Shown: positions 27,150 to 40,700, counted from the first letter of the stretch. The stretch: DNA of 64,000 bases from Vitrella brassicaformis CCMP3155 (GCA_001179505.1 CDMY01001045.1:154111-218110); one strand, 5' to 3'. Notes: generated by a model from the letters alone, not told the origin. Numbers and translations are program-made.

Positions 27150-29140
27150 ACTGTGAGGGCAGGATGGCTTTGACGTCCATCGGCAGGCTCTCATAGGCCG
27201 CATGCACATGGGCGTCGAGCCGGCTTGCTTCGCTTGTGCGCGTCTCGATTTTCTTCTTCAGGTCGGCTAGCTGCAAGCAAGCAAGCAAGAAGCCATGTGT
27301 CTGTGAAGGGGCCTCAGTGGACTGCAGCTCATGAAGGTACCTACCTGCTCCTGCATCCGTTTGCCCGATTGCCTGAGCTCCTTCAGGTTGTGTGCGTGCT
27401 CCTGCTGCAGCCGCTCCCTCAACCCGAACTCCTACGCATTCAAGTGAGAGCAATGAGCAATTCGTCCAGCCAGCAGACAGACTTATCTATCCGTAGGTGC
27501 GTGAGTGCATACATACATAGTCGATCTCCCTTCTCAGTCTGGCCGCACTCTTGGCCGACTCTTCCCTCTTCTTGACCTCTTTGGCAGATAGTGATCGCCC
27601 GGCCGGCACGGTATCGCCTTCGGGCACGTGAATGCCCCGCTGACGGAGAAGACCGAGACACTCCCCTATTCGCGCCTGGAGGCTGGATATGTGCTCCTGG
27701 TGCCTGGAAAGACAGACAGACAGACAGACAGGCAGGCAGAGACATGCGTTGCAGCAGAGCAAAGAGGTGCAGCCTGTTTGGTTCCCTTCCTGCCTGCCTG
27801 CCTGCCTGCCTTTGCGAGCTCTCTGTGTCTCTGAGTATCGCCTGCTTCAGACGCAACGTTCTCTCCATCCAGTGCTGCACCTGTGGCCCAACAGCAGAGC
27901 AGCTGAGCGACGGTTTACTTATAAGTCCCTGTCTGGTGTCTTATTACCTACCTCGGTGGTCAGGGCTTCCAAAGCTTTGGTCAGCTTGATCTCGGCGCGG
28001 TCGTTCCTGTTCAGGACCTCCAGTTGGCGGCCCTTGCGCTTGTTCTCCGCCTGCATCTCCCGATTCACCTGCGAAAGAGCCGCAACCCTCTCGTCAAGCT
28101 GCAAGCCCATACACATGCAACTTGTACACATGGCATGTAGTGTCTCATACATATCGTCTGACTGGAATGGCTGTCGGCCGGCTGACTTACTTACCTCTTT
28201 GATTCTGCCCTTGAGCCTGACAGCTAAAGCTGGGTCTGAAGCCTTGTTGAGGAGACGCTGGAGATGGACCAGCTGGAACGAAACCGGGGAAAGAGCATTC
28301 ATTGTTTGCGTTTGCATGCGGTCTTTCCTGCCATCCGTACTGTACCTCTCTTTTGCTGTTTTCCAGCTGCTTTTGAGTGTTTTGGGTATCCTCATCTCTG
28401 ACCTGTACCCGGGAGCGAGGCTGCCGACCTGCAAATAGACACAGCAGTCAGTGACATGCATGACTGCGCTATAGCTGTGTGACAGATACACATTCTGCGC
28501 ACCTCCCTGGCTGCCCATCTTCGTGGTATACGCCGTTTCAAGCATCGTCATTGATGCATCCATGTCTCGGAGGAAGGAACGCACCAGCTGGTTCTCACTC
28601 TGGATGGCTTGCATGTCTTCGGGACGGTTCTGCAGTGACATCACACAAAAACATGCAGTGATGGCTTGCAGCATTCGGACAAGCTTTGAGCTTCTCTCTC
28701 ACCGGGTGTAACCTCAGGAATTTCCCGGCATCTCTCACGTGTCTTTTGGCCTTGAGGAGCTCCCTCGACTCGGCCAGCCCCAGCCCCAGGATCTTCGCTG
28801 GCCTTGATGGCGCCGACAGGGAGTGCGTGTGGTCCTGCTGCCTTTTGGATGAGAAATCAGATACAGTGGAGGGGTCATCTGGGGCATCACCCGCAGCAGC
28901 GGCTGTCGTCGTTACTGCCTGCATGATGTCGGTGTACTCCTCTGTATATTCGCTCAGTTCTGTCGTGTGTGGCTCATCCCAACCGTGACGCTTCAAGCTG
29001 TCGCTCTGTCTCAGGCTCATCCTTCGTGAGCTCGCAGAGCTCCTAGCTCGCTCTCCTATGGATGGACAAAGAGACTGTGAAGGACACCTTCGAGTTGAGG
29101 AATCCGAGATCTGGCACCCGGCATCCATTTTCATCGTCAT
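27150..29140 (-). CDS. Coiled-coil protein of unknown function
   Basis: Successive exons with heptad character: LDERVAALSQVNREMQAENKRKGRQLEVL, EHISSLQARIGECLGLL, LRERLQQEHAHNLKEL and LADLKKKIETRTSEASRL. Start and end are approximate. Confidence 0.6.
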
Positions 29141-29175
29141 ACTTCATCGAAGCCTCTGAGCTACCGCCAACCACC

Positions 29176-30061
29176 ATGGTGAACCACGGCTTGAATCACT
29201 TTACCATCGCCACCCCAGATCTGAAGTCCAACATCGAGTTCTACAGGTAGATAAGGAAAAGAATGAACCCCTTTGTCTGAGTTGATCTTCCTGCAATCGG
29301 ATGCTGTGCTGCAATTGCAATTGGGTGCTGCCTGCAGGGATGTCCTTGGTTTGGTGCATGGCCCTCCCCTGTCCAACACATCTCCTGTGAGTGAGAAGAC
29401 GGGAATCACTCACTGATTGTTTATCTGAGGCTTCCTTCCTTCCCTGTGAATCCTTGTGTGTGTGCCTGTTAGGGTGCGTACATGTATTTGCCGGGTACAG
29501 ACACACAGCCAGTGGTCCATATGATTGATTCCTCAAAGTGGAAGGACGACAACAACTTGGACTTCCGGCTCGACGCCAAGCCTTCGGAGCCGCTGGTGGC
29601 TGACGGCAGGGCCGGCCACAGGACGGGAGGCCTCGAGCATATCGCATTCGTGCTGGACGCCGAAGGTGCGCGCGCACACACACAGAGAGAGTCGGGCAGT
29701 CGGTAGGTGTTTCATGAAGGCGTGCGTGTGGGTGGCAGATTTCGCGCCCATGAAGCAACGGTTGGTTTCCATGTCGATAGAGCATGTGGAGGGCAATGAC
29801 AATGCACCACAGGTGCGCACGCACGTGAGGACATCCATCATGCGGAGAACACCTTCATGGTGCGGTTGGTTGGCTGTGCCATTCATTCAGGTGCGGCAGT
29901 TGTGGTTTTTTGGTGAGTCTGGGAGGGAGGGAGGGAGGAAGAGATGAGCTCTCTGCATCGTGTGTGTGTGTGTGTCTGTGTGTGTGTCTGTGTCTGTGTT
30001 GTCTTGTGCAGACCCCCAGGGGATAAAGCTGGAGCTGAATTTTGTCGCCCAGGACAAGTGA
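29176..30061 (+). CDS. Glyoxalase/bleomycin-resistance (VOC) family protein
   Basis: Six exons: MVNHGLNHFTIATPDLKSNIEFYR | DVLGL... | ...GGLEHIAFV | DFAPMKQRL... | VRQLWFF | DPQGIKLELNF. These carry the VOC metal-ligand pattern H...H...E and the terminal DPxGxxLEL motif. Confidence 0.92.
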
Positions 30062-30626
30062 CGAATAAATTAAAGTGGTTGTAGCGTTGCGTGAGTGATT
30101 TGATGTATGTCCGGCAGTAGGGTGGGTGGGTGTACATATGTCGGTGGAGAGACCTAGGCTGTCGTGGGCAGGGCAGACACTTCGTGTACGTGTGACTGGG
30201 TGCTTCTGGTGTATTGGTTGGAGTCACAAGTGGGGTGGGAGCAGACGATATGCGACGGTGGAAGTCCATCGAGGCACAATCAATGAGTGATTGAATGAAC
30301 AGTGAGGGAGAGTCCTGGCTGACGGCCCGACCGATGCCATCAATCAGTCGACAAAGGAAAGAGTCACGCCAACACAGCACTCACGAACACGCCTTGTCGC
30401 GTCGCGTACACACGCACATATCTGAGCTGCCTTCGTTGTCAGTCAGACACCGGCCATGCCATGCGTATGTACAGCGATGGATGGATTGGATCCTTGGCAG
30501 CGGTCAGGGAGCACCATGTACATGCGAACGTATGATGCCTCATGCACGGCAATGCACCATCGTCGGCCCACACCCACACACATGTCAGCCATGCTCTCGA
30601 TGCAGGCAGGGCGGGCGGGAGCATGC

Positions 30627-32007
30627 TCACACAGTCATGATTTCCTTGTCTTTGATCTTGTAAGTCTCGTCAATCTCCTTGACAAACTTGTCTGTCAGCT
30701 TCTGAGCCTCGCCCTGCACATCCATCATAGGTAGGAAATGACAGACCACACCAGCGAGTGCGGGCCGGTAGGTACCTGAAAGTCTTTGCTTTGGTCTTCG
30801 CTCAGCTCTGAGTCTTTCTCCATCTTCTTGATGGAATCCACCACATCCCGACGAATGTTCCTTACAATACAACCACACACAGCCACACGCACACACGTGC
30901 CCGCCGGTGCGAGGGATGTCTGAGTGTGTGTGTGGGCCGGGCCACCCACCTTATTGCCACCCGGCTGTCTTCGGCAATCTGCTTGGCTTGCTTGGCGATG
31001 CCCTTCCTGCGATGACATCGCAGACCAGACACACAGAGAGGCAGACAGACAGGACAATACACACAGAAATGCACAGAGCGCCACTGATTGGCTGTTTATT
31101 TGCCTCTACGACATTTGGCTGAGATAGCTGGCTGACCTCCTGTCTTCGGTCATCGCTGGAACGTTGAGCCGGATGCACCTACCCACACACCACACAGAGC
31201 AGGCCGGCCCATTCAATTCACGTGCTGGTATGTATGGTCGATGGATGCTCTTTGCTTGTGTGTTCCCTCCCACGCCCTGCCGTGTCTGTCTGTCTGTCTG
31301 TCTGTCTGTGTGTCTGTGAGTCAGTCTGACTTTCCATCGCTGTTTGGCGTGAGTCCCAGTTCCGACTGCAGGATGGCCTTCTCGATCACCGGGATGACGC
31401 TCTTGTCGTAAGGGTCGATCCTCAGTGTTGACGCGTCAGGCGCACCGTAACCTCAACCAACACACAACATAATACAACACACAAGCAAAGGTAGACAGAC
31501 GATAAATAAGGTGAATAAGGGTCGTGCGACGCCCAGCACTGACTCGCCAGCTGTTTGAGCGGCGTCGGTGTCCCGTAGTACTCAATGCTGATGCGGTCCA
31601 ACATCCCCGGACTGCACTCACAACCACCAGTATACCACCAATCATGCCATGCAGCGCAGGCAGCAACCAACGGCCACTTCTCCCATCCCTCCTCCCTCTC
31701 CCTCCCTCCCTCCCTCCCTCCCAACTCACTTGGCTCTGCCCGTCCTGAGAGTGGCGAGGTTGTTGCGCAATGCATCGAGGCTCTTCTGCATGCGCTCCTC
31801 GCCGTCGAGGAGGTACTCGTTGGCCATCGATGGGCCATCCTCCTGCATCCACACACCCGACGCCGACCGATGGCGTGACACATGGAGGGGCAGATGGGAC
31901 CGCCAGAGCCGAGAGGGGGGCAGGAAGGCAAAGCTGTGGCGGTAGCCCAGCAGGTGGTCTATCAGGCAGAGAGCCATGGATACGCGCAGGGACGCTGACG
32001 CCGCCAT
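30627..32007 (-). CDS. frr: Ribosome recycling factor, organellar (probably plastid-targeted)
   Basis: Spliced product reads [45 protein letters not shown]...[18 protein letters not shown]...LGLTPNSDG...[15 protein letters not shown]...NIRRD...SED...[12 protein letters not shown]. The N-terminal extension looks like signal plus transit peptide ([15 protein letters not shown]...[10 protein letters not shown]). Confidence 0.96.
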
Positions 32008-32183
32008 GAATATGAATGAAACCTCAAGATCCACACTCGATTTGCGCCAGCGACCACGCAACTCGTGTTTGCTGATCAGATGACCGCTGGAAACGTCGCT
32101 GCTTCTTCAGAGCTCGCCCATCCTCTGCGAGCTTGGCTTGCAGAGGGAGAGCCCTCTTGGAGCATTTCTTCAAAGTGTGTGTA

Positions 32184-35058
32184 ATGAGAAGGAAAGGCAG
32201 ACGATGGAGCCTTGTGCAGATCCTCTCACCGCTGTGCCTTGGCGTGGTGACCGCGGCGTGTGCGGCTTTGCTGAAGCGGTACGCACGACGTGGGGACGTA
32301 GATCAACCCATCCCCATCGCTGCTTGTGCGCCGTCAGGTTACGTGACGCCTCGCCCGTCCCGCCGACTGCTTTCTCGCCCCTGCCTTCGCTTCTGCAGAG
32401 GCATAGAACACTGACTGACCTGACGGACACGAAAGGGGGAGAGATCTGACGTGTTGGTCCTTTCTTCCTTCTCTCTGTATGTTTGCAGGCGTGCGGGTCC
32501 GCCCTCTCCCTTGTCCAGGCTGGGTGTGTTGGCGCCCGAGGGGTCCAAGTATCCGACGCCTCATGAGACCATATGGGGCGGACCCGATGGAAAGGGCCTC
32601 ATACCGGTCGGACGCACTTTGCAATCGATACACACACACACACACACATTATGGCGGGTATCGGAGTGTGTATGTTAATGGCGGTTTGGTTGGTGGTTTG
32701 GTTGTGTCAGAGTGACGACACGAATCCCTGGTATGTGTTCAAGCACTGCCCCTGGGCGGCGCTGGACATGCGGGCCAACCTGCTTCAGCCAATGGGTGCG
32801 TGCGGACACATGCTTGCTTGTACTGATCAGTGAATGGAAGCATCTTACACACGCACACACACGTGGTGGGAGGGGCTCTATGTCTGTCTGTGTGTCTGTC
32901 TGTCTGTCCATCTGTGTGCAGGGGTGATCGGCAGCGGGCCGGAGAACTATGACGGCATGGGCCTCGACGAGGAGATCTTCGAGGGCAACAGAGACAGGTG
33001 TGCGGGTGGGGTGGGCTGCATTGCCGACACATTCACGTGACAAGAGAGAGACCTTCTTGTCTGTCGTCCCTCCTGTGTGTCTTTGTCTCCTCCCTCCCAG
33101 GCAGCGCAATCCCGCGTGGCCTCGCCACCTCGACCATGGTGTACAGTGGAGGCACGCATACCAGTGAGTGAGCACACACACACATAGACCGACCAGGAGA
33201 CCAAGATGCCTAAGCACTTCACGTCGCCTGGCGGTGTGCTGTCCAGGCATGGCAACGGTTACGATCCCCACCCAGAGCCCGACGGCTGCCAGGACTACAC
33301 CATCGGTCGGTCCGTACGGAACGCCGATCACACAAGACGTAGACCATATGTGTGCCTGCGTATGTTGTGTGTATGCGGGTGTGCAGGCGAGACTGACGAG
33401 GACCTGGAGCGTCGGCAGTGGGGCTGCTTCAACAACGACAGGGGCAAGTACCTCGACCCCATCACAGGTGGGTACAGACGTCTAAAGGACGTGATGCCAT
33501 CTGGTCTGTCTGGTGTGTGCATGTCGGTATGTCGCTGCAGCGTACAAGGATTTCCGCGAGGACCCGACGACGATGACGCCGCACGTGCCCTTCCAGAAGT
33601 TCGATCAGCCGGTGGTGCAGGACTACCCCGAGTGGGGCAGATACGGCCCGTGCTTCCCATCACACCACGTACTCGCCGACTGGAGGTGAGTGAGGACAGG
33701 AGAGGAGAAGAGAGGGCCTTGGGTGAATGGGATGGGCGAAGGGGTGGAGAGGGGGTGCACAGACAGACAGACAGATTGATGGAGGTGAATGGGGACACAT
33801 CACTCATTTCTTCGCGCCTCCCTTTTGTTTCCGTTCAGGATGAATCTGGCTGCCCTTGACAAACTTGAGAACGGCCCTGTCATCGAAATGCCCCACTCAA
33901 GCAGTAAGGAAGGACCCGGGGGCCCTGCACTCACTCTGTCAGACGTCTGACATCAGTCACATCACACGTGTCCTGTCTGCCTGTCTGTCTGGGTGCAATC
34001 GATCGATCAGCGATACTGCGCCGTAAGAAGGAGCTGCTGGACGAGATCCGCGCCAATGCGTCGGCCTTGGCCAAGGAGGGGAAGGTGTATGACGTGTCAG
34101 CCATGATCCGGGCCAACTGCGCCATCGACCCGGAGGCCTTCAAGGCCAGCCAAAAGGCCACAGACACACGCGCCATCCTCCGCACCGTCGGGCAGGGCGG
34201 CAAGCGCAAAATCGGCGACATGACACGCGCCAGCCGTGGGGCTCCTACGAAGGGCCTGACGCGCAGCCAGCAGCTCAAGCTGGACCAGCAGCGGCTGGAA
34301 AGGAGCCGGGAGCGCGCCGCGTGGCTGAGCATTTATCTCGACTACGAGCGGATGCTGCGGGGCGGGTGTGAGGAGGACTATGATGGCGTCTACTGGGGGC
34401 CGTCGTGGGAGGGCGGCGGGGTGGGGTACAACTACACCGGGCCCATCAAGACCGTCATGCAGAACCCTTTTGACGTGCCTTACACCGGATGCAAGTCAGT
34501 CACTCATTCACTCACTGCAGAGGGAGGGAAGGAAGGAAGGGGAATTCGCCCGTCGGGGGATCCATGGGTCGGTGTGTCTGTGTGTCATGTATGTATGTAT
34601 GGTTGTAGTTTGCAGTGGTTTTCGACCAAGGAGGAGCTGGCCGAGCTGTACCACATCCATGTGCTGGAGGCGCGCAACGAGGGGCGGGTGGGCCTCGACG
34701 CCCAGCACATTGGCCTCCCGGACCAGGAGGAATACCCAACCAGACCCAAACTGTAAGTGACCCGCGTCTGTGCCTTACAGCTCCAGACACGTACAGTACA
34801 CACGACGACCGACCGGTGTGTGTGTGGGTTTCCCTCAGCAAGAAGTTTCGGCGTCTGACCAGTTTCTACGTGCCCTACTGGACGCGTGTGGCGTTCGGTG
34901 AGGAGTTTGGAGATGCTCTCGAGCAGCACGAGCAGCTCCCCGACGACCTCATGAGGGACATCATAATCGACCTGCCAACAAAACACAAACAGACACTCCT
35001 GCATGATAATAATAATGAGGTGGGCGGACGGACAGACAGACGGACGGACAGAGAGGCA

Positions 35059-35095
<37 letters not shown>

Positions 35096-35168
35096 CGATT
35101 GGTTGGTCATGCAGGTGGATGGCGACTACGGCTGGGTGCGCGAGTATGAGGACTTCTACGTCGACTAA
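32184..35168 (+). CDS. Hypothetical multi-exon protein with bipartite-like N-terminal targeting sequence
   Basis: About 14 phase-consistent exons from MRRKGRRWSLVQILSPLCLGVVTAACAALL to VDGDYGWVREYEDFYVD*. A hydrophobic leader is followed by Ser/Pro/Arg-rich LRDASPVPPTAFSPLPSLLQRRAG. No domain recognised. Confidence 0.72.
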
Positions 35169-35595
35169 CTGACATCCACTGGAGCTGGTCGACGAATGGA
35201 AGCAAGAGAGGCAAAGGGTGGTCAGGGATCTCGATGGCCTTCCTTCCTAGTACATCCGTACCGCTCGGCTGCATGCATTCATTGGTGCAGCTGGTAAGTC
35301 GTTGCTTGCGTGTCGATAGATTGGTGTACACTCCATACTTACGAAGGCCAGCCAGATCTGGACGATCATGCATGACTGACTCTTTGGAAAGACTTTAGTT
35401 AGAGATGTGGGCAATGCATCATTGCAACAAACAGTCATTCAGTTGACAAATGGATGGATCATGTGTCTGATGTCTGTCTGTCCTCCTACAAAAGAAGTCA
35501 AGTCCTACTAATGGATGGATCTATCGCCGTCCACGCTCATCCCTCACTGTCCGTCCACCAAACAAACCAACCAGCTGGCCACACATACATATCAC

Positions 35596-37637
35596 TCACA
35601 GGAAGCCTCGGCACGTGGCCGCTCCACAGGTACACCTGCAAAGGAATATGGAGAAGAAAAACCATGCACACACGACACGAGCACAGCAGGCCGCTCGCCC
35701 ACTCACAGTGAAAAGAGTAGCGAGTGCATGGCGTGTTGTGGTGTGAGGCATGCATTGCTCACCTTTCTCGCGTGCTGTGGTTGAGCTCGGTGTCGGTCCT
35801 GCACACACAAAACAAACACGACACACATACATACATACATACATTACCTGGCAGCTCGACGCTCCATCCATCCATGGATACATCCATCCATTCTTCGACG
35901 GCCGCCTACCCTACCCGTAGTCATATGACAGTTCTGTGCCGGCCGCTATCTCCTCAATCGCATAGATGTAGATGCGGGGTCGACCGCCGGGCACCTGCAC
36001 CTCCTGAATGAAACCAAGCAGCACAAACCAGACAGACAGACAGACAGACGTGTGTGTGTGTCCATTCATTTGCTTGGTGCTGTCTGTCAATCATCAATCA
36101 GCCCACCCGCGGCTCGCAGTTGGGTGCGCAGCTGTGGTTGATCAGGCGAGCCTCGTTGTAGTCCTTGCGAGTCGCGTCAATGATCCTGCCGTTGGACAGC
36201 CTGAACAGGTAGGTGCTTCCCAGGCCTTGGCTGCGATACAAAGCCTCCCTGCAGGCACACAAGACACAGACAAATGCAGACAGACAGACAGACAGAGACG
36301 ATATGAGAAGGAAGACACACACTCTCTCTCTCTCCTTGATAGGTGCGTACCTTTCGTCAGCTTGCTCGGCGTGAATGTACTCTCCTGCGTATTCGATTAT
36401 CTCTTCGCCCGCTCGGATGGTCCTGTTTGCGAACAACCCAACGCCCTCTCTGCGAACGACACACACACACACGCCGCACCATGGATCAATGAACGAATGC
36501 TTGCACTGCGAGGCGAGCGCCATACCTGTGGATGGTCGATTTCTCCTCTCTAAAAGGCTTGAGGCGTCCGCTCCTTCTGCGTTTGTCCCGAGCTTCGCTT
36601 TCCGCGCCCGAAGGCAGATGGACAGCGGCGCGGGAAGGTGGCGGATTCACAGACATGTCTGCAGAGGGCATGAGCACCACACAGACACGTTGATAATGGA
36701 TGGATGGATGGATGCGTCGGTGTGATGAAGCCTTTATCTACCTGCATCAGGGGCGATTGCTGGTTGGTCAGTTCTCGGCCGTTTGGGCGGCTTCGCCTCG
36801 GGGGCCGTGTGGTCATGGTCAGATGAAGAGGGGAGGGGAGGGGCAGGGGGAGGCTGGATGGGCTTGAAGGGGGACGTCCATGACGGCCTGATGGCCTTCC
36901 ACCTCTGCTCGCAGCTGTCCCGGCTTCTCCGGGGCAGTCGCTTGGTCACGTCACCCCAACAAAACGGATAGGTCTTCATGGCGAATAAAAGTACATAGTC
37001 CTGCATGGAAAGCACATACGACCGGGTGAGGTGAGCGACTGTGTGTCACCCATTCCCTCGTACACAATAACATAACATACCTCTTCTCGCGTCCATGGTC
37101 GTGCATCCCCACCGTCGTCCGCATCTTGGACCGTCTTGGGCATGCCCACCTCACGGACAAAGCCAAAGCCGCCTGTCGCCAGTGGAGGGCGTGGTTCGTC
37201 AGCGGCGCTGCTGCGCGAACTGAATGATGATGAATGACAGAGGACACCCACTCATCAGATTTGTGAGCTCCGCCTCGCCGCTCCCAGCCTCACCTCCAAG
37301 GGAAGTGCATGCCGTCGGTGCTGCGTTCGATCTCCGACGACCTGCTCTTGAGAGAGAGGGACTCTGCTCCCTGGGCTTCATCCTTCTTTGCAGCGCAGAG
37401 AGCAGAAACGTCAATCTCCACCGAAGGCAGCGGTGGCGGCACTCTCGGCGGCACTCTCGGCGGTACCAGACTCACGATGAAGTTCTTGCAAGGCCGTACA
37501 ACCTGCTTGGGCCGCATTGCCCGCACAGTGCCGAGTGGACGCGGGAAGTTGACGCATTGGGGCGCTTTTTGGGGCGGATGGAACTGGTGATGCGTCGGGC
37601 TGTCATCGTCAATAACGATAGCTTGGTCCATCTTCAA
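35596..37637 (-). CDS. Myb/SANT + SET + post-SET protein (SET1/Trx-like histone lysine methyltransferase)
   Basis: Myb repeat RPWTREE|DYVLLFAMKTYPFCWGDVTKRLPRRSRDSCEQRWK across intron 37001-37080. SET motifs GVGLFA...IIEYAGE, YLFRL...IIDAT, ARLINHSCAPNC and ELSYDY. Post-SET CTCGAATCRGFL*. Confidence 0.92.
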
Positions 37638-37779
37638 TTCTTCAATTGATCTTCAACTCTCCACGCAGATGTGACATGTCCTCTACGCGTTTTACGGGGG
37701 AAGGCTAGGCAGGCTTGGGGGCTGGTGGGGGCCACTCTGGGCCATAAGCAACTTGAACTGAAGGAGGACAAAAATCACA

Positions 37780-40700
37780 ATGGAGGCGAAGAAGGGACAT
37801 ATGAATGACTCCAGCCCCCTAGAATGGCGCTTTCAGAACCAAGGCCTTTCCACATTGTAGCGGGATGCGCTCGAAGACGCGATTCAGCTGGTAACGCACT
37901 CATGCATCATGATCCTGGTGGCACTGTTCACCAGTCACTCTCGTTTTTGGCTTGCAGGCTGACCTTCACACCGCGGAGGGCCACCAGGATGGGCTGTTCT
38001 TTAAAAAGGAACTGAAGAAAGGCTTCTCTTGGAGGACTGGGGGTCTGTCCAAAGCACCGTCAAGCCGCAGTGTAGCTTCCGTGTGGCTGGAGCCGTCATT
38101 GCGACCATGGCACGTGTTTGGATGGGGAAACATACTCACTTGGTCTCTGATCCTGTTGATTGGCTTGCTGACCTGCGCTTACTTGTAAGCAAGCCATCGC
38201 CATAGGGGTGCGAAGATTGATTGCAATCAATTGATTCAGTGGACCACGGCTGAATGTTCGCAGGTACGGAGAGCTCTTGTCGCCTGTCGTTCCTCCAGTA
38301 ACCACATCATCAAAATGATGAATGAGATCACATCCATGTATTGTATATGCACTCACTCACGTCAATCGTGTCAACTCAGTTTATGGACGAGAAGGGCAAT
38401 GAGATATATGAGACAGTGCAGGATTACATGCACACCCTTACCGGGATCAACGAGCTCACAGTGTCCATGTAAGCGACATGCCTGTGTCTCCGTTCCCTAT
38501 ATGAGCTTGATCACGAGTCCTCCGTAACTCCCTCATATCTCATTATCTTACTGTCATATCCCTGGGATGGATCCGTGTCTCCAGGTCTCATACGGCTCTC
38601 GATGTGTTCTTCGCATGCTGCTGGATCCTTATCTGCAGCTGCTCATTCTTGCTGGTCTTCTCCCACACTGTGAGGTGGAAATCGACCATCAAGTCCTGGA
38701 ACTTGAGGAAGCTACGGTGAACTTGCACATCATGAGTTAGCTGACTGGCAGAATGTTCTGTCGTTTTCGCTTGTGTCATACAGGCAGTATCACACGAGGA
38801 TGAAGCGGTCACGGCGTCAGCAGCAGTACCAGCATACGTGGACCATGGACAGCCCCGTCAGCCATAGAGACCACAGCGGGACACGCTCCGACTATGAGCG
38901 GAGGGCCACACTACCGACGGCCCACGAGCTCTCCTGTCTTCTACATGCAATCGCACGTGTTTTCAAGCGACTCGGTCAGCCCAACCCTCCTTCAGTGTGT
39001 GGATCGGGGAGACGAAGCAAAACACTCATTGCAAGGCCTCTGTGATTAATGACTGCAGGAAGAACGTTTTCATTCACGAGTCGCTTGTTCTGGACTGCCC
39101 ATGTGAGTACCGCGCAACCCTTCCTCCACCATCCATGAACATTTGGCTGACCTGCTTAGGTATCCCTGGAGACACTGACGATCGTGTTGCAGGTCAAAAA
39201 AAAGCAGTCAGTCAATTAATCGCAGGTCTTTTTTTTTGCAGCTATATCGCAGCCTCCTATTTGCCGTCAGTCAATTAATCATCGATCCATCGATTGCTTG
39301 CTTGTGTGTGAGCTAGTGACGCCTTTGATGTGTGTGCTTGCAGGGATACGACCTCATGAAGGCCACAGAGGTGCCAGCGGATAGGACCGAGTCTTTATCA
39401 GCTTGGCAGCCATTGCCACCGCCCACGCGATCATCCTGACGCTCTGTGTTGTCATTCGCACCAAGAGAAGGGGGGTTGCGATCGTCATCTCTCTTCTCTT
39501 GTCCCTCTTGTATCCCATCCACGCCCTCACGACTCTCCTTTCCAAGCAATCGCTGCTCCAGCAACATTCATACATCGTCTTCAAATCCGCGTAGGCAACC
39601 AACGAGAGGGAACATCAGGCGTCTATGTCTCCATATTGCTTGCACTCGAGGCAGCGCCTTTCCGCTCTTCCTTGGAAACGCCTGTCCTCTGGTGAACGCG
39701 CTCTTTGCTCTCAGGACGCTAGACACGCTCATGTACTCACATAATATATCCGAAACGACGAGTCAGGAAGGGATGCACATCTCAGCTGTTCATACATCGT
39801 TTGTACAGGATGCTCAAGGCGTATTTTGATTACCGGAAAGTCAGCACGAGCGAACTCGATGTCCCATCCGACGTGCAAATCAGTTGAATCTTTGCTGTCC
39901 TGCTTCTTTTGAATATGATGCTTTCAGGCCAAGGTGACTCGTCTCCCGTCGAAAGCATCACGCTACGCTGCCGGAGACTGGGAGGACAACGCATCGGCGC
40001 CCCAAGATTACCCCCACACCCAGCAGGTTCAGTTCTTCAGGCTGGCCCCTACGGCAAACCAGAAAGAGCCGAACGCTGACGATTTCGATGAGAACAAGAA
40101 AGGCGCGATAGACTCATCGAATGCCAACTTGGCGTCAGCATTTGTCGAGGCCGCATCCAGGGAAGCGCCGCCTGTCGAAAAAATTGGCGTGGCGGACTTG
40201 GACCTTGCGCAGTCTGACGACCAGAGCTTCGTCGGGAAAGACACCGAGATCCCCATTGTGTCCAGCATCTTCGGCCCCACTGTTTTCGGTCCGGTGGACA
40301 ATCCACGGATCAGCAGCATTCCTCCCGTGGGTGATGACAGCGTCCCGCCAACCCCGCACACATCGCAATCGAAAGAGCAGCCTGCCGATGAGTTGGATCA
40401 GGAAGAGGTCAAAGCTCCCCATCCAGAAACGAAAACGTCGCCGCGTCATGGTCTAGTGCGGCTGGCGAGCCAGCTTTCAGCTCTGATGAGTACGTTGCTA
40501 GAGAACAGTCAGCGTCCGACAACTCTTGGATGAGTGAAATTGTGGTGAGTGAATTCATGCAGGCACAGATGAGGAGATGGCCGAGTGGACAGCGGAACAG
40601 GAGTCTCCTCAGGACGAGGACGAGGACCTTGGCTCTGCCGCGATGCCCGGCCGTGTACCGACAGATACCAAAAGAGCGCCGTCCAGCTACACAACGTCAG

